Made by a program: the position numbers and the translations under genes. A stretch of 64,000 bases of DNA, taken from positions 49,230,001 through 49,294,000 of the forward strand of contig CM052816.1 of the NCBI GenBank assembly GCA_028534125.1, written 5' to 3'. The stretch is from Lama glama. Lineage: Eukaryota. Each line of letters begins with the position of its first letter. The stretch's first letter is position 1. Positions 39,101 to 51,003 of this stretch are shown one piece after another. The notes beneath the pieces are model-generated. The model searched no databases. It was given only the letters and a program-made list of their open reading frames with translations, and was not told the origin of the DNA.

Positions 39101-39200
39101 GTGAGCTCTAGCCTGAGTTTCATACTATCTACCATGACTCTTTGTAAGGCTGTTAGGTATTTTAAGAACAAGGTTTCTCTCCCCCAAGAGTTGCATATTT
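36150..39200 (-). mobile_element. Fossil ERV-L provirus: two LTR remnants flanking an internally deleted interior with gag and dUTPase remnants
   Basis: Minus-strand translations: 38194-38132 KHV*E*ILRMMH*ENRNIVLG (ERV-L gag EHVWEWILRV..Q..RNI.L); ~37040-37000 TMTPNNPL; 36864-36835 GGIIASNYQR (dUTPase motif 3, GVIDxDYxG). A shared LTR motif appears as gatttaatacagga (~36206) and gatttaacacagga (~39050). Confidence 0.75.
37511..38035 (-). mobile_element. LINE-1 3' end (younger, artiodactyl-like) inserted into the ERV-L
   Basis: Poly-T followed by 'ttttattgaagtatagttgctgtacaatatt', 'ttttagattccatatataagt', 'ggagtggaattgctgggtcat' and 'ttcccaccaatggtgtat'. Confidence 0.9.
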
Positions 39201-40764
39201 TAACATTTCCAAAATTGTGACACATCATTTCTAAAAGATTATTAAATTGATGATGTCTTAGAGTCATGGAAATGTAGCATTTATCGTCTGGTCATCACTT
39301 AATTTCCATTTTGTTCTAAACAAGGCTCTCTTAAGTGGAATTCATCTTGGTTTCTTCAGTAGCCATCTTGGTTAACTCCTCCATCACATGCACGGACTTT
39401 ATCCTCTCTGTCTTAAATGACCCATTTCCTTAGACTTTTTCCTTTTAGCGTCTTACCAGACTCTTTCCATTTTTATATAAATGTTGAAATTAAAAAATAA
39501 GTATTGAAATATTCACCAATTACAGGGAGAGTTTCATTTTAATGTTAATGAAAGCATAAAATTAAATTTTAATTATGAAATATCAGGTGACCTTTGTTTA
39601 TCTTTGGAGTCACATCCCATGAAAGGTTTCCTTCTCTAAATATACACAAAGAAGCCATGTAAATCTCATTATTTTAGACTTTAGGATTTTCAGTTGTATT
39701 GTGAATTTCTGTTACAGATGTTATTTTAATGGCTATTTCTAAGTAAAATGGCATGGCAATATAGAATAAAGATCTAAAAGTTTATTTCTTAAAAAAAATT
39801 AAGCAAAGGCTGTGAATGGGAAAATACATGGAGTGAGGAAGGATTATAGAGGAACTCCACTTTGATTATAGTATTCCTTATTTGGAAGCTTCAGTAGAGC
39901 CTATCTATCATTTTGCTATTTTGAAAGGAACTTGAATCTGTAGGTAGAAGAGACAAGTTCAGAGCCTGAAAGTACTACCTCAGGAGGGTCGTAAGATTTC
40001 TCTGACTTTCACATTCCTTTTCAATAAAAATAGCAATAGAAACATCCAACTCTGAGGATTGTTATGAAGATTAAATGCAATAAAACAGGTGTAGAGGCTG
40101 ACAGTACATCGTCTGGTTAGCCCAGAAATACAGAATACTTCTGTTCTCCTAGCCAGTTGATACGTCTAATTCACATCCCTAAAGGGGGGAAAAGAACAAA
40201 TGAGTGTGTCCTGCTGATATGAGCAAAATACTTAATGTTGGTGAATTCTAAAACTAGTGTATGTATATTTGTTCGAAAAACCTAATTTCCCTGTGATGTA
40301 CTTTTTGTTCGTTCTTACACAGTATGCATTAAAATTCTACAAACAACATGGGGAGACAAAAGGACAGAGATAATACTGCTTTAAAATTTGATTCCTGACA
40401 TTGTTCCATTAATGAACAGGGTGAAGCCTACAACCTTCAACATACTGACTTGGACATCTCCTTCTATGCAAATTTTTATCATGAAAGAATGATTGGTATA
40501 GCTTGCCTACAGTGCATCAAATTTGTTAAGTGGAACAGATTGAAAATATCATGGCATTTCCCACAGACATGGGGCATGTAAATCAGCTTGCAAATTAAAG
40601 GAGATCACAAAGTACCATTTGAAAATGACTCTGAGACTGACTATTAGAGGACGAGTATAAACTGATGGGCAGAAAGTAAGTGCCAGCTATGACTCAAGCA
40701 ATACACAGACCCTGAGAAATAAGTTCTAAATTATCCTATTTCTGTATTATCCTGAGAAAGGATC

Positions 40765-40885
40765 ATCACCCTGCACTGTTTTAATGATTTACACATATTG
40801 ACTCATTTAATCCTAACAATAACACTGTGAGGTAGGTACTATTGCTGTGCTGGTTTTAACATGAAGAAATTGTACCATAGATCTG
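40765..40885 (-). mobile_element. MIR SINE
   Basis: 'actcatttaatcctaacaataacactgtgaggtaggtactatt...ttttaacatgaagaaattg'. Confidence 0.8.
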
Positions 40886-41179
40886 TGTGATGTCATATAT
40901 TTACGTACCCATCAAGCCAAAGGAGAATGTATAGGAAATATAATTCATTGATATTTTTTCTGAATTGTTCATAATCAAAAAGTAAATAACAAACTAAAGA
41001 GATGTAAGATGAAACAACAAATTACCATAATAGGCAATACAATTATTAGCATTCAGAAAAATGTAGATACATTGGGAAGCAGTCTCATTTTCAGAGATTA
41101 AAGTTTTCATTATCAATTCTACTCTTGTCAATAATAGAGGGCAGGTGGAGCTTTGTCTTGGTAGTTTTTGAACAGGAGG

Positions 41180-41640
41180 TTGGTTGGTTGGGCAGGAAGA
41201 ACATGAAACAGCCATTAGAATAGTCTGGAAATGAATTGGAGTGGGTTTACCCCATTGAGAATAATGATGAGAGAGGACATTTGTGAGAGTGACAGTGAAA
41301 GCATAATGAAATAAGGCTTAGTGAGCACACGGGCATCAGATTTGGTGCTGGGAAATTACACGTGAAAGAGAAGAGGCCAAAATGACTCCAGTGTTTGGAA
41401 CCTAGAGGTGATATTAGAATGTCGATGTTACTAATGGAATTAGGGAAGAGAGGGATAAGGAGGATAATGAAAAATTTTAGATACCCTGTTTGTAGATAAT
41501 AGAATTACCAGGTGGGAACTTCATGTGGTGACCACGTGAAAACACTAAAGTGGCTTCCAGAGAGTTTTTATAAATCGAGAAAAATATAGTCACTAGGAGA
41601 AATGTTACTAACATAATTATGATTGACTGTCAAGAGAGAA
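41180..41640 (-). mobile_element. L2 LINE fragment
   Basis: 'gagaagaggccaaaatgactccagtgtttggaacctagagg' and related antisense L2 motifs. Confidence 0.65.
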
Positions 41641-42629
41641 ATAATAACATGAGTCATCAGGAGAAAAAAATCTGCCATATACTCTATTCCTGTCATTTTT
41701 AAAACCATTTTTAGGCTATAACATACATTTGTGGTTTCTGATAAGCACTATTTTCCATTTGGTTCATGGAGCCAGAGACTATTCATTCTATAAGGGGTTA
41801 ATTATACAGAAAGTTACTTGTAAGATTTTCCCAAAAAGTGGGAGCACATCAGGAAAAAAAAAAGCAAAAGTAAAATTCTTCACAGGCAAAAATTGCTATT
41901 GGCATTTAGGTTTTCACTATTAAACCTTAAATTGTAAAATCTAAAGTTTTTCCATGTGACAATGGTGGTCTAAAAGAGCATCTATTGAGAAGAATATCCT
42001 AATTCTTGACAGCGGCAGTTTGAGAAGACACTGGTCTCATTACACAGTATTTTATGAATATAGAGTTGAGAAAATGTCCCATGTTTTGTGGTTCGGATGT
42101 GGAATCCCCAGTCCCCTTGAGAAGGCTGCAGAGGCTTAAAAAATCAAAAACTATTTATGCTAAAATCATTTGTAAAATCTGTGTAGTTTTTGTTTCAATT
42201 GTGGTAGGTTTCTAAATAAGTTGACTATTTTGATGTTTGTGTATGTCTTGTTTCCCAAAGTTAAATTGATTTACAAGCTACTAAATTTATTAAGTGTACA
42301 TTAAAAAGTAGACATTTAGTCACTCTTTGCCTAGATTGATAGTTTCCCAAATTTCATTCTGTTCTGAGTTCAACTAAATGTGTGGGAATTTATTCATAAA
42401 ATACAATCCATTGGTAAATAACATGTATAACTATTGATTTTTATGTACGCTAACTGTTTCCTTCATCATTTCTTTATTACGAGCTCTTATTTTGAGATTT
42501 CGATCTTCTTTGCCTTTTTTGGGGGGGGGGCGGTTTGAGTCAATTTCCCAGAAAGTTAAAAGTGTTAAAATTTTTTTTTTAAAAAAAAAAAGAAAAGGAT
42601 TCCTTTTTTGAGGGGGAGGGGTAGTTGTT

Positions 42630-42815
42630 AGCAAAATGAAGTAGCTAAGAGTACTGGTCCTGTAGATTGAACGCCTAGAATTAAATCTTGGCACCAACAT
42701 TTAGTTGTGTGATCTTGGGCAGGTTGCTGGCCTCTCTCTCTGTACTTCAGTTTCTTTATTTGGTAAAATAAAATTTTAGGAATTAAATGTAACAAGCCAA
42801 GCACAGCACCAATTG
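42630..42815 (+). mobile_element. MIR SINE
   Basis: 'ttagttgtgtgatcttgggcaggttgct...ctctgtacttcagtttctttatttggtaaaat...aggaattaaatg'. Confidence 0.8.
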
Positions 42816-43029
42816 CCCAACATATTTCATGTTGCCATTGATGCCATTGTTTGGGGAAAGAGATAGTCTTTTACTGATTGGCCTGGTTAAAAGAAAATTA
42901 CGGAGAACATTATACTGTATCTTTTGAAGGTCCAGAGATAAAAGGGGTGAGTGTGTGTGTGTGTGTAAAATAACTGACTAAAAGTTATACTGAAGTAGAT
43001 TGGTCATATATGAAAGGATTCTGAATGAT

Positions 43030-43208
43030 TACAAACCTCTAATTATTGAACAGGCTTCCTCACAAATTTAGTAAGTTTTTATGAGCAGGGTTAGTCAAGC
43101 AGGATCAAATTACCACTTTCTGGCGATTGTGTTGAAGGGAGTCACACACTTAAGAGGGTTGAACTCAGTGACCTCCAGGATCCATTTGAATGAAGAGTCC
43201 ATGAATTA
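43030..43208 (+). mobile_element. CR1/L3 LINE 3' end
   Basis: 'gggttgaactcagtgacctccaggatccatttgaatgaagagtccatgaatt' resembles the CR1/L3 terminus (GGTTGGACTAGATGACCTC..GGTCCCTTCCAACTCT..GATTCTATGATT). Confidence 0.6.
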
Positions 43209-43679
43209 AATACACACAGTAACTAACTGTTCTACAATAGAATTCAGCGCCCTCAGGCTCTTCTGTCTTTTATCACCCATTAAGTGAGAGATGCAAGCTC
43301 CCTTGAGGCAGACTCTCATTCTGTCCTCTTCTGAGTCAAGAGATGAACCTCAGCTCTTGAGAGCTGGCTCCTTTGCCTTGGGCGCCACCTTGACCACCAC
43401 TTGCGAATCTGGCCTTAGCAGAATCATATACCCAGTGGCTGAGCATTTCTTTCCTTGGTGATATAACAATTATTAAAATTTCTAATTTTGTCAGTTACAT
43501 CTTCAAATATGTTTTTAAAAAAAAACCTGCAACAGAAAAAAAAAGGAAAAGATAAAAAGACGATTATTATATGTTGCTATAATGTAGTAAATGGTCCCTG
43601 GGGATACTGAAATATGTCCTGTGTTGATCTGTGAATAGAACATATTTTGGTGCCTGTTGGAATGTGAGCTTACCAAGCA

Positions 43680-43920
43680 CAGTGTATTATTATGAGTATT
43701 AAAATGCTGAAGCCTGTGCCAGGAGCAGAGAGTCTGGGATTCATGGCAGGCAGGGAGACGTTGAGAGGTGTAAGGGAGAATTTGGCGCTTGGACAAGGAG
43801 AAGGGAGTAAAGTGACTCACTGCTGGGCTGGGCGGCTGCAATGCAGCATACAAAGGAAGGGGACAAGTGAGGAATAGAATAACACATGGGACAGTGTGGG
43901 CAGGGGAGGCAAGGTAAGCA
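43680..43920 (-). mobile_element. L2 3' fragment
   Basis: 'gagtattaaaatgctgaagcctgtgccagg' followed by a purine-rich body. Confidence 0.45.
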
Positions 43921-44679
43921 GAGGAAGAAAAGAGGAAAAGCTATACAGAAGGTCCGCAGTAATTCTGAAGTCACGTTTCTATGCTTTTGTCCTGGATCAC
44001 TCTGGCAACAGAAGATAATATTCTTATGCTTGCTGTAATGGCTCCTGAAAGTGAGGTGTCTAAGCATTGGAACTGTGCTTATATAATCCATCAAAAGATA
44101 GAGTATACATTTGAGTGAAAAGCTGCAGAAATTTCATTCTGTAAATGTCATACTCTATTTTTATCACCAGGCGGTGACCCAGTGTTTAGATTTATGCTGT
44201 TATGTCTGTCATAACTCCTGGTAAGTGTATGGACTCTCAATATAAGAGAAGATTCTAAAATGATAATGTTTGAACCTCATATAGGAATGACCATAATGTT
44301 CAGTTTATTCAGCTTAATAGTGTCAAGTTACCACCTTTAACTTGGAGACAGACCTGCCCTAAGTATGTTTTAGTAGAATTTGTTATTGAGCATTTCTTAA
44401 AATGGAACAGATGTTAAGCAGTATAAAAACTGAAAAGTCAGGAAATTTAAGGAAAGAAACAGGGATCGGTATCAAGTGAAATGTTTATAACACTCATGGT
44501 GTAATATGGCCATGGATGCCTCCCCACCTCTCTCTCTCTTTCTCTCTCTCTTTTTTTCTGTCTCTCTCGTAAGCTACATCTATGGGTCCATCAAAGTCCT
44601 GTGGGTCTTGTTTTATGAATTTAACCTCTTCTAACCTCCACCTCTTCCTGTTCCCAGCAGTGTACCCAGAGCCTCCCAC

Positions 44680-45216
44680 TGTTACTCCAGGAGGGAAAGG
44701 GGAAAAGCCTCGGTTCTTGCCTGAAAGAGAAAAATTCAGAAGGGAAACGAGTGTTGTGTAGCGAAAGATTTTAAAGATTTTATAGCAAATGGAAAGTACA
44801 CATCCAAGAGCGGAAGATGGGCTGATCCAAGGGAGGACAGCAAAGGTTTTTGTTTCTCTTCTCTTATATCCTCAGTTACAGGTGGTCTCCTGATTGATTG
44901 GCAGCTCTTGCCCCTGGAGTGCTTGGTCATGCTCGTCCCCATTTGTGCATGTTCTTACCCATGATGTATATAGAAAAGCACCCTCCGGGGCGTGGGGGAA
45001 ACTGCAGTGCCGATCAGATTACAATAACCATTGGGTCGTGTCTGGTTAGGATCTTGTCACTACTACACAGTCAAGGACGTTGGGTTCTAACTGGTTTCTT
45101 GCTGGCACTCATTTAGAGGAAGTAAAGGCTCCGGACAGGCATATTACCATCTTCCAGACCATCCTCCCTCTCCTCCACCTTATCTGCCCAGTGCCACCAC
45201 TTACCTAACTGCCCAA
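44680..45216 (-). mobile_element. Solo ERV1-class LTR inserted in L2-like sequence
   Basis: Starts TGTTAC and ends near 'cctaactgcccaac'. Contains 'cttatat' (TATA on the minus strand) and 'gattgattgg' (CCAAT on the minus strand), with many retained CpGs. L2-like pyrimidine-rich sequence flanks it at 44500-44679 and ~45590-45720. Confidence 0.75.
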
Positions 45217-46305
45217 CTCTGCTATAGATGTTTCCTTACTCTAAAAAATTTACTTTAAGTGGAGTAATTTTAAGTTGGCTCAAGCCTGGTTTCCTTTCAG
45301 ACTACCCACCCAGCCCAGTGGAAAATCACATGGTGTGAGTGCAAGCCACTCCACTTTTTGCTACTTTCTCTTTCCCTGGCTGTTAGAACTACTCCAGGTA
45401 GCTTTAGACTTCCAGAATTTTTCAGGCAAGAAGAAGGTGCTAGTCTCAATACTCACGTGTATCTCCCCAACCTCCAAGCTCTCAACAGTTCTTCCTCTGT
45501 GCCCCAGTCCAGTGGGAGCCCAGAGGTGTGCCTTAGCACATCAGCCTTGTGGAAAGCACAAAGCAACCAGCCACTCTCTTCTGATTGGCACTGGTAACCT
45601 CACTCACGGGTTCTTTTGGAGCCTCCCTCTTGCTGTCCTCCAACCCTCTGCTAAATGTGTTTTCCTGAAACACAGCTCTACCTAGCATACCTACTCCTGA
45701 GCACTCCCTTCTTCAGTAAGCTGTCTTCTCAGGGTCATTTTATAAGACTGGCCTGGTTATTGGGAATAAGGTAACAGGGTTAGTGATGTCCTAGTAAACT
45801 TCAGTAGGATTGTCTGGCAGTCCCGTGGAATTGTCTTTAGAATAATGGTCCAAGAATAATATGCCCTGTTTTCCGTACTTTTGGTTCCTTAAGGAAATCA
45901 TAAGAAAACAGGAAAAACACATTTTGACATCCTGTTTCAAAGGCTTTGTACTATTTTTGAATTTTTATCTACTGTATCACTTTGTCATAATCATGAGGTA
46001 ATGCTTAGAAATGTATTGTTTCACTCATCTAAAATGTTCATTAAAAAGAAGAAATAAGCCAATGTTTTGACATAACCCTAGTTTTTGATGGGAAATAGAA
46101 TAACCAGAATTACAAAAATAGCATAATGTGACTTGGTCATGATGCATTATTAATGGAAGTCAGTAGGGGAAAACCTAGGAAAAAATAACTAAGCACAATG
46201 ACAGCAAATGATATGATTTTAACCTCTATGCATGAATGGTAGCCAACCTTGAGAGGATGAATGTGATGTTAGGTAGTGGAAACCACTAAGTGTGTAATAG
46301 AATCC

Positions 46306-46674
46306 TGTAGTAGATTGAAAACATAACCGCATCATTTTATGGTTTCCCTCATGAAGAGATGATACCTTTAAATCTGGGCTTGTGATGTGACTTGCTTTGC
46401 ATGCGGTGTAAGTGCAAGTGCTGCTCCCGAGTTCCAGGAGGGTCACCCTGGTACCTCTGTGTAAGGAACAGGATCTAGCTTACAAGAGAAAGAGGAGCTG
46501 TGTGGAGGAGACACACGGTGTCCTAGCCAACAGCCAGTGTTAACTGTCAGACACATTATAAGTGAACCTGGACAAAACCAAAGGACAAACTGCCCCAACC
46601 AACACATAGAATCATGAGAAATAGTAATTCATAGTGTTGATATGGTTTGTTAGGTAGCAGTAGACAACCTAAAA
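46306..46674 (+). mobile_element. MaLR MLT1 (F/G/H-like) solo LTR
   Basis: 'tgtagtagattgaaaa...aatctgggcttgtgatgtgacttgctttg...agccaacagccag...agaatcatgagaaata...ggtttgttaggtagcagtagacaac'. Confidence 0.8.
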
Positions 46675-47319
46675 GAAAAATAAATCCCAGATTACCCTAG
46701 TCTCATAATGTCAGATTACAAATACACATTTCATTGTGTGGTAGAAAGTACAATGTCCTATCATTCAGGAGAACTGTGTGAGAGTCAGTGGGCAGTGAAT
46801 GTTTCTGGGTAACAACCTCTGCGGACCAAACTTTTCATTTCTTCATGTTTCTGCACACAGTCTATACACTGGGCACCTTCTCATCCTTTCTCCACCAGAA
46901 ATGAAAAATGAAAAATCCTTTTTTCTCCCAGAGGGGAAAAGAAAGCTAGGGCAACTATCACCAACATTTTGGATCGCAGCTCTGTCAATCATTGAACTGA
47001 TGAGGGCCCTAGAGTGTGGAGAGGCTGGACAACACACATTTCTGTACATAGAAACAAGACACACCAATGTACGTCAGAAGATGTATATCAGAACATGGCC
47101 TCAAGGCAATAGGCGGTCAGGACCAGCCAATATGGATTTAAAGTTGGTGGTGGTTCAGGAGGAGCATACCTTGGGTTCTTAGGACAAGCATCGTAATCAT
47201 TGACCCCATGCTGTGAAACAGTCAGAGATCCTCTTATGTAACTCTCAATTCTGAGGAAGGCAATCTTCAAAAGACAGAATGAATAGTTCTCCTAATATCG
47301 TGATATACGTATTTTACTT

Positions 47320-47580
47320 GATCACCCATTTATGCATTTGCCAAATTTGTGTACCAGGTACTCTTCCTGTCAATGAGCTTAACTGTCTAGTGAGGAGGCA
47401 GGTATTGAAATTGAAGAAATCAAGGTATTGTGCAAGTGTGATGCAAGAGGTGGACAGACTGCTATGGAAGCCCAGAGAAGGGATTAATAAACTTTGGACA
47501 TAAACTGAAACTTGCAGATATATGATGTTTAAGATTAGTTTTAAAGGATAATTACGACACTGGTTAAGTGGAGAAAGGAG
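47320..47580 (-). mobile_element. L2 3' fragment
   Basis: 'catttatgcatttgccaaatttgtgtaccaggtact...gagcttaactgtctagtgagg...tgctatggaagcccagagaaggg'. Confidence 0.7.
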
Positions 47581-48964
47581 ATATGTAGCATCCAGCCTAT
47601 CAATCCATGCTAATGGGGGATATTAATTAGGTTAAGTCTGTTTGACATAAAATAAAGTCAGATGTGTGGATTCTCTTACGATTTTCACTGACTAAATGTA
47701 TTTCAAGAGCTTAGATTTCTGGCCAAAATCCTATTAAGATGTCTTGGCCTGAGACTCAGTAAATCCTGTGGACTTTAGACAACATGAAAAACTACTAAAA
47801 AGCTAAATCTTGACATTTAATGTATATTACATCATTCATGTATCTATATACTTTACATTGAAAGGGATCAAGTATCTGTATCTTTTTATCATGAAGGATT
47901 GTTGATAATTCGGCAGGCTCAGGATATACACTGTGTAAGTAGACACATCAGTAACAAATTTATTATGTGGGTCTCAAAATAGCTAGGTCAATTTTACTTT
48001 TGCTAATTGCCCTAACATCACATACTTGCCTAAATGTTTTAACTCAGGTAGAAGTATAAAGAAAAACATTTTAAATTATGTAAGTTTATACCCACAGAAA
48101 TTATTTAGTTATGAGAACTTACTCGTCATTTATAGTTGAAAGTATTATGGAACATTTTATATTCATTTACACTTCAAATGTACTCAACTTCACCAAAAGA
48201 AATGTATGTCAGATTTTAATTAAAATTTTCCATTATAAATTCCTCTAAAAATTCATCAACTTTCTTCTCTTCACTAGGAATCAGTGAGTGGAAATTACAT
48301 GAGCAAGACCGGTACATACATTCAGGTTCTCAGCCTTACACTGCCGTGCCTTATTAACAGCTGCACAGGGCTCACTGAATTTTTTAAAATCAAGTTTTCA
48401 AAACACTATTTTACATTAGTCAACCTGTCCTTCAAGCAGATCATTCATACACATCTAACACTGAAGGATCTTCTCTGTCAGAGACAGTGAGTACATAAGA
48501 AACATTTGCCCCTTTGAAACTATTTTTAAGTTCAAGAAATGATTGTCTTCTTCCAGTTACAGAATTTATAAGCTATTTTGTTTCTGCCTCTTCACCCACT
48601 TGCATTTCCTTTTTTCCGTTTTCTACTTTTGATCCCTTTCTCAGTACACATATGCATGCATGTGCACATAGTGAGTTTCAAATTTTAAAATCACCTGTTT
48701 TAATCTTATATCTTCTAAAACATGTAATATATTTTAAATGTACTGATTAAATAAAATATATACTAAACTAATCATTTAAGACACAAATTTGACTTGGAAT
48801 GCAGTATTCTAATTTTCATATTAGAAAACATGGTCTGTTAAGTGTCAGCAGCATCAAAACAGTTTTTTTCTAGAAACTTAACACTATTAATATTGAAAAT
48901 ATTCTAAAACAAAAACACGCTGAAATAGTCTATGAGGAGCTGAGAATTTGAAGCTACATTAACC

Positions 48965-49150
48965 CTAATATATTTAATATATATAATTCATATATAACTA
49001 TATATAACCACATATGTATTACCTTAATATTTATTATACATAACTATAACATATAATGTATATATTATATATGTAGTACATATATGTGACTATATGTGTA
49101 ACTATATATAACGACATACAGTTTTATATATATATATAAATATATATAAA
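48965..49150. repeat. Degenerate (TA)n low-complexity tract
   Basis: Directly visible. Confidence 0.9.
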
Positions 49151-50559
49151 ATGATGGGAGGAAATGAGGTGGGGAGAGGAGAGTGTCTAAAAATTTAGAA
49201 AATGCTAAAAATTGTTAGCAGTGCATAGTTAGGCTGATTGTATTTCAAAGTTCTTGTCAAGTTTTAGCTCCAGTAAATTCAGCACTCTGTCCCCACACCC
49301 CTGCCCCCAACACCACCAAATGACTATGACAGATTTTTTTATTTAAAAAAAAAAAAAACCACATAAAGCTAATGGAAAACTCTGTGACATGCTCACTTTA
49401 ATATGTAATGTGAGATGGTTGTAGCCTACTTATGTTGCTTTAATATTAGACATCTCCTAAAATTGCTCTTTCATCTTCCATCTGCATCCGTAATACTTTT
49501 GGTCAAACAGGCCTGTCATTTCTTTCATGTCTTACTTTTCTTTTCCTTTCTGGGAAATAATCTTTGTTCTCCCAGCTACAGGCCAAAGCTCAATTATACT
49601 TATGAACACTCACTTTATGAAGATGCTAAATCATGTTTTACATATTTCTAGGTAATTTTATATGTAACTCCTTCACCAGTGACACAGATGGTACAGTTGG
49701 TAAGAAAAGGTAAAAAAGTCAGTAAGAAATTTTGTTAAAATTGAAACTTCTAAAAAACATTTTATCTGTAGTCTTTTTAGCCACTTTTTCCGTATCTAAT
49801 TTGCAATTTTATTAAGCATAAAAAATATCTCATGCTTGAGGAAAACCGTTTTGTTTCAGCAGACAAAAAGTACTGAGATCAGGTTTTTCCCAGTTCTAAG
49901 ACCATTTAATTTTGATTGGGTGACTTGGGAGGAAAGGAGTAGTTTTCATCCTCCAAACATTGCATTTACTTGTTGGGACTAACCATGAGGTTCCTAAATT
50001 TCAGAGAGAAATTTTTTGCTAGGTTCCCTGTAGGCAATTTCTTTTACAGAGGCAATGATTTTTGCTTTAAGATACAAACATTTAGTATTATGATGTCATG
50101 GCTCAAGCATTCTGTTATTTTTGAACATGAGGTAGAAAACTCTGGGTAGAGACAGGAAAAGGAGAGACTAAAATTACCTTCTCTCGGCTATATATTACAG
50201 AAATAAATGCACTACGTAACACTGAATAACATATTATTCCTTCAGTCTAAACATTTAATATTTTCCAAAGAACATACATAAAAAGGAAACCAGAGAGTTA
50301 CACGCTTTACTACATGGCCTGAAACTCTAATGCCAACTTGAACCAAGAAGAGAATTAAAATTACTGTCACTTGTAGATAACCTTGATGCCAGTAGCCATT
50401 ATTATTGTCAACAGCGTAAATACAAAATGAGCCATAACCTACAATCTTTGAATAATGAAAGCTCCAGTGCCCTAAACTAAAAGCACTCAGCAGAGCATCA
50501 CTGGCTAACTACATGCTCTCAGCACAACTCTGTGAAGCGTCTAGAGTAACCGCATCCGA

Positions 50560-50886
50560 TTCCTGTTTATTAGGTTTAGAAATGTGGCTCTCTACACAGT
50601 GCACTCTCTGTAGCCACATGCAGTAGTTTAACTAATAGGTACGGAACATAGCAAGAGACTCAGTTCTTACATATCAGGATAGTTTACACACTTCCTGTTG
50701 CTCAGTCTACTTATTAACCATCAAAATGGCAGGTCAGTGTTTGCTGCCTGGATTATCTTGATACCTGCTCTTGGTGTGTTCCTGTCAGGAAGAAAACAGA
50801 AAACATCAACAAACCTCAAAGGAGACAATTTTCAGGCGTTTTGACTTGCTATTTAATATGTCCCTATACCTTCAGACACAGGAAGT
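50560..50886. promoter_or_regulatory. Candidate enhancer: ETS / FOX:ETS motif cluster
   Basis: TTCCTGTTTAT at 50560-50570, ACTTCCTGTTG at 50690-50700, TTCCTGTCAGGAA at 50779-50791 and ACAGGAAGT at 50878-50886, in largely non-repetitive sequence. Confidence 0.4.
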
Positions 50887-50922
50887 TATAGTAGGCTGTG
50901 ACAGTGTATGTTGAAGTACTAT

Positions 50923-51003
50923 GAAAGAGAAGGGGACAGAAAGTGAGGGAAGAGGGGAAGGAGGGAGAGAAGAGGAAAGAGGAGAAAAATAAAAGGAAAA
51001 AAG
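50923..51003 (+). repeat. Polypurine (G/A) low-complexity tract
   Basis: About 80 nt almost exclusively A/G. Confidence 0.9.
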
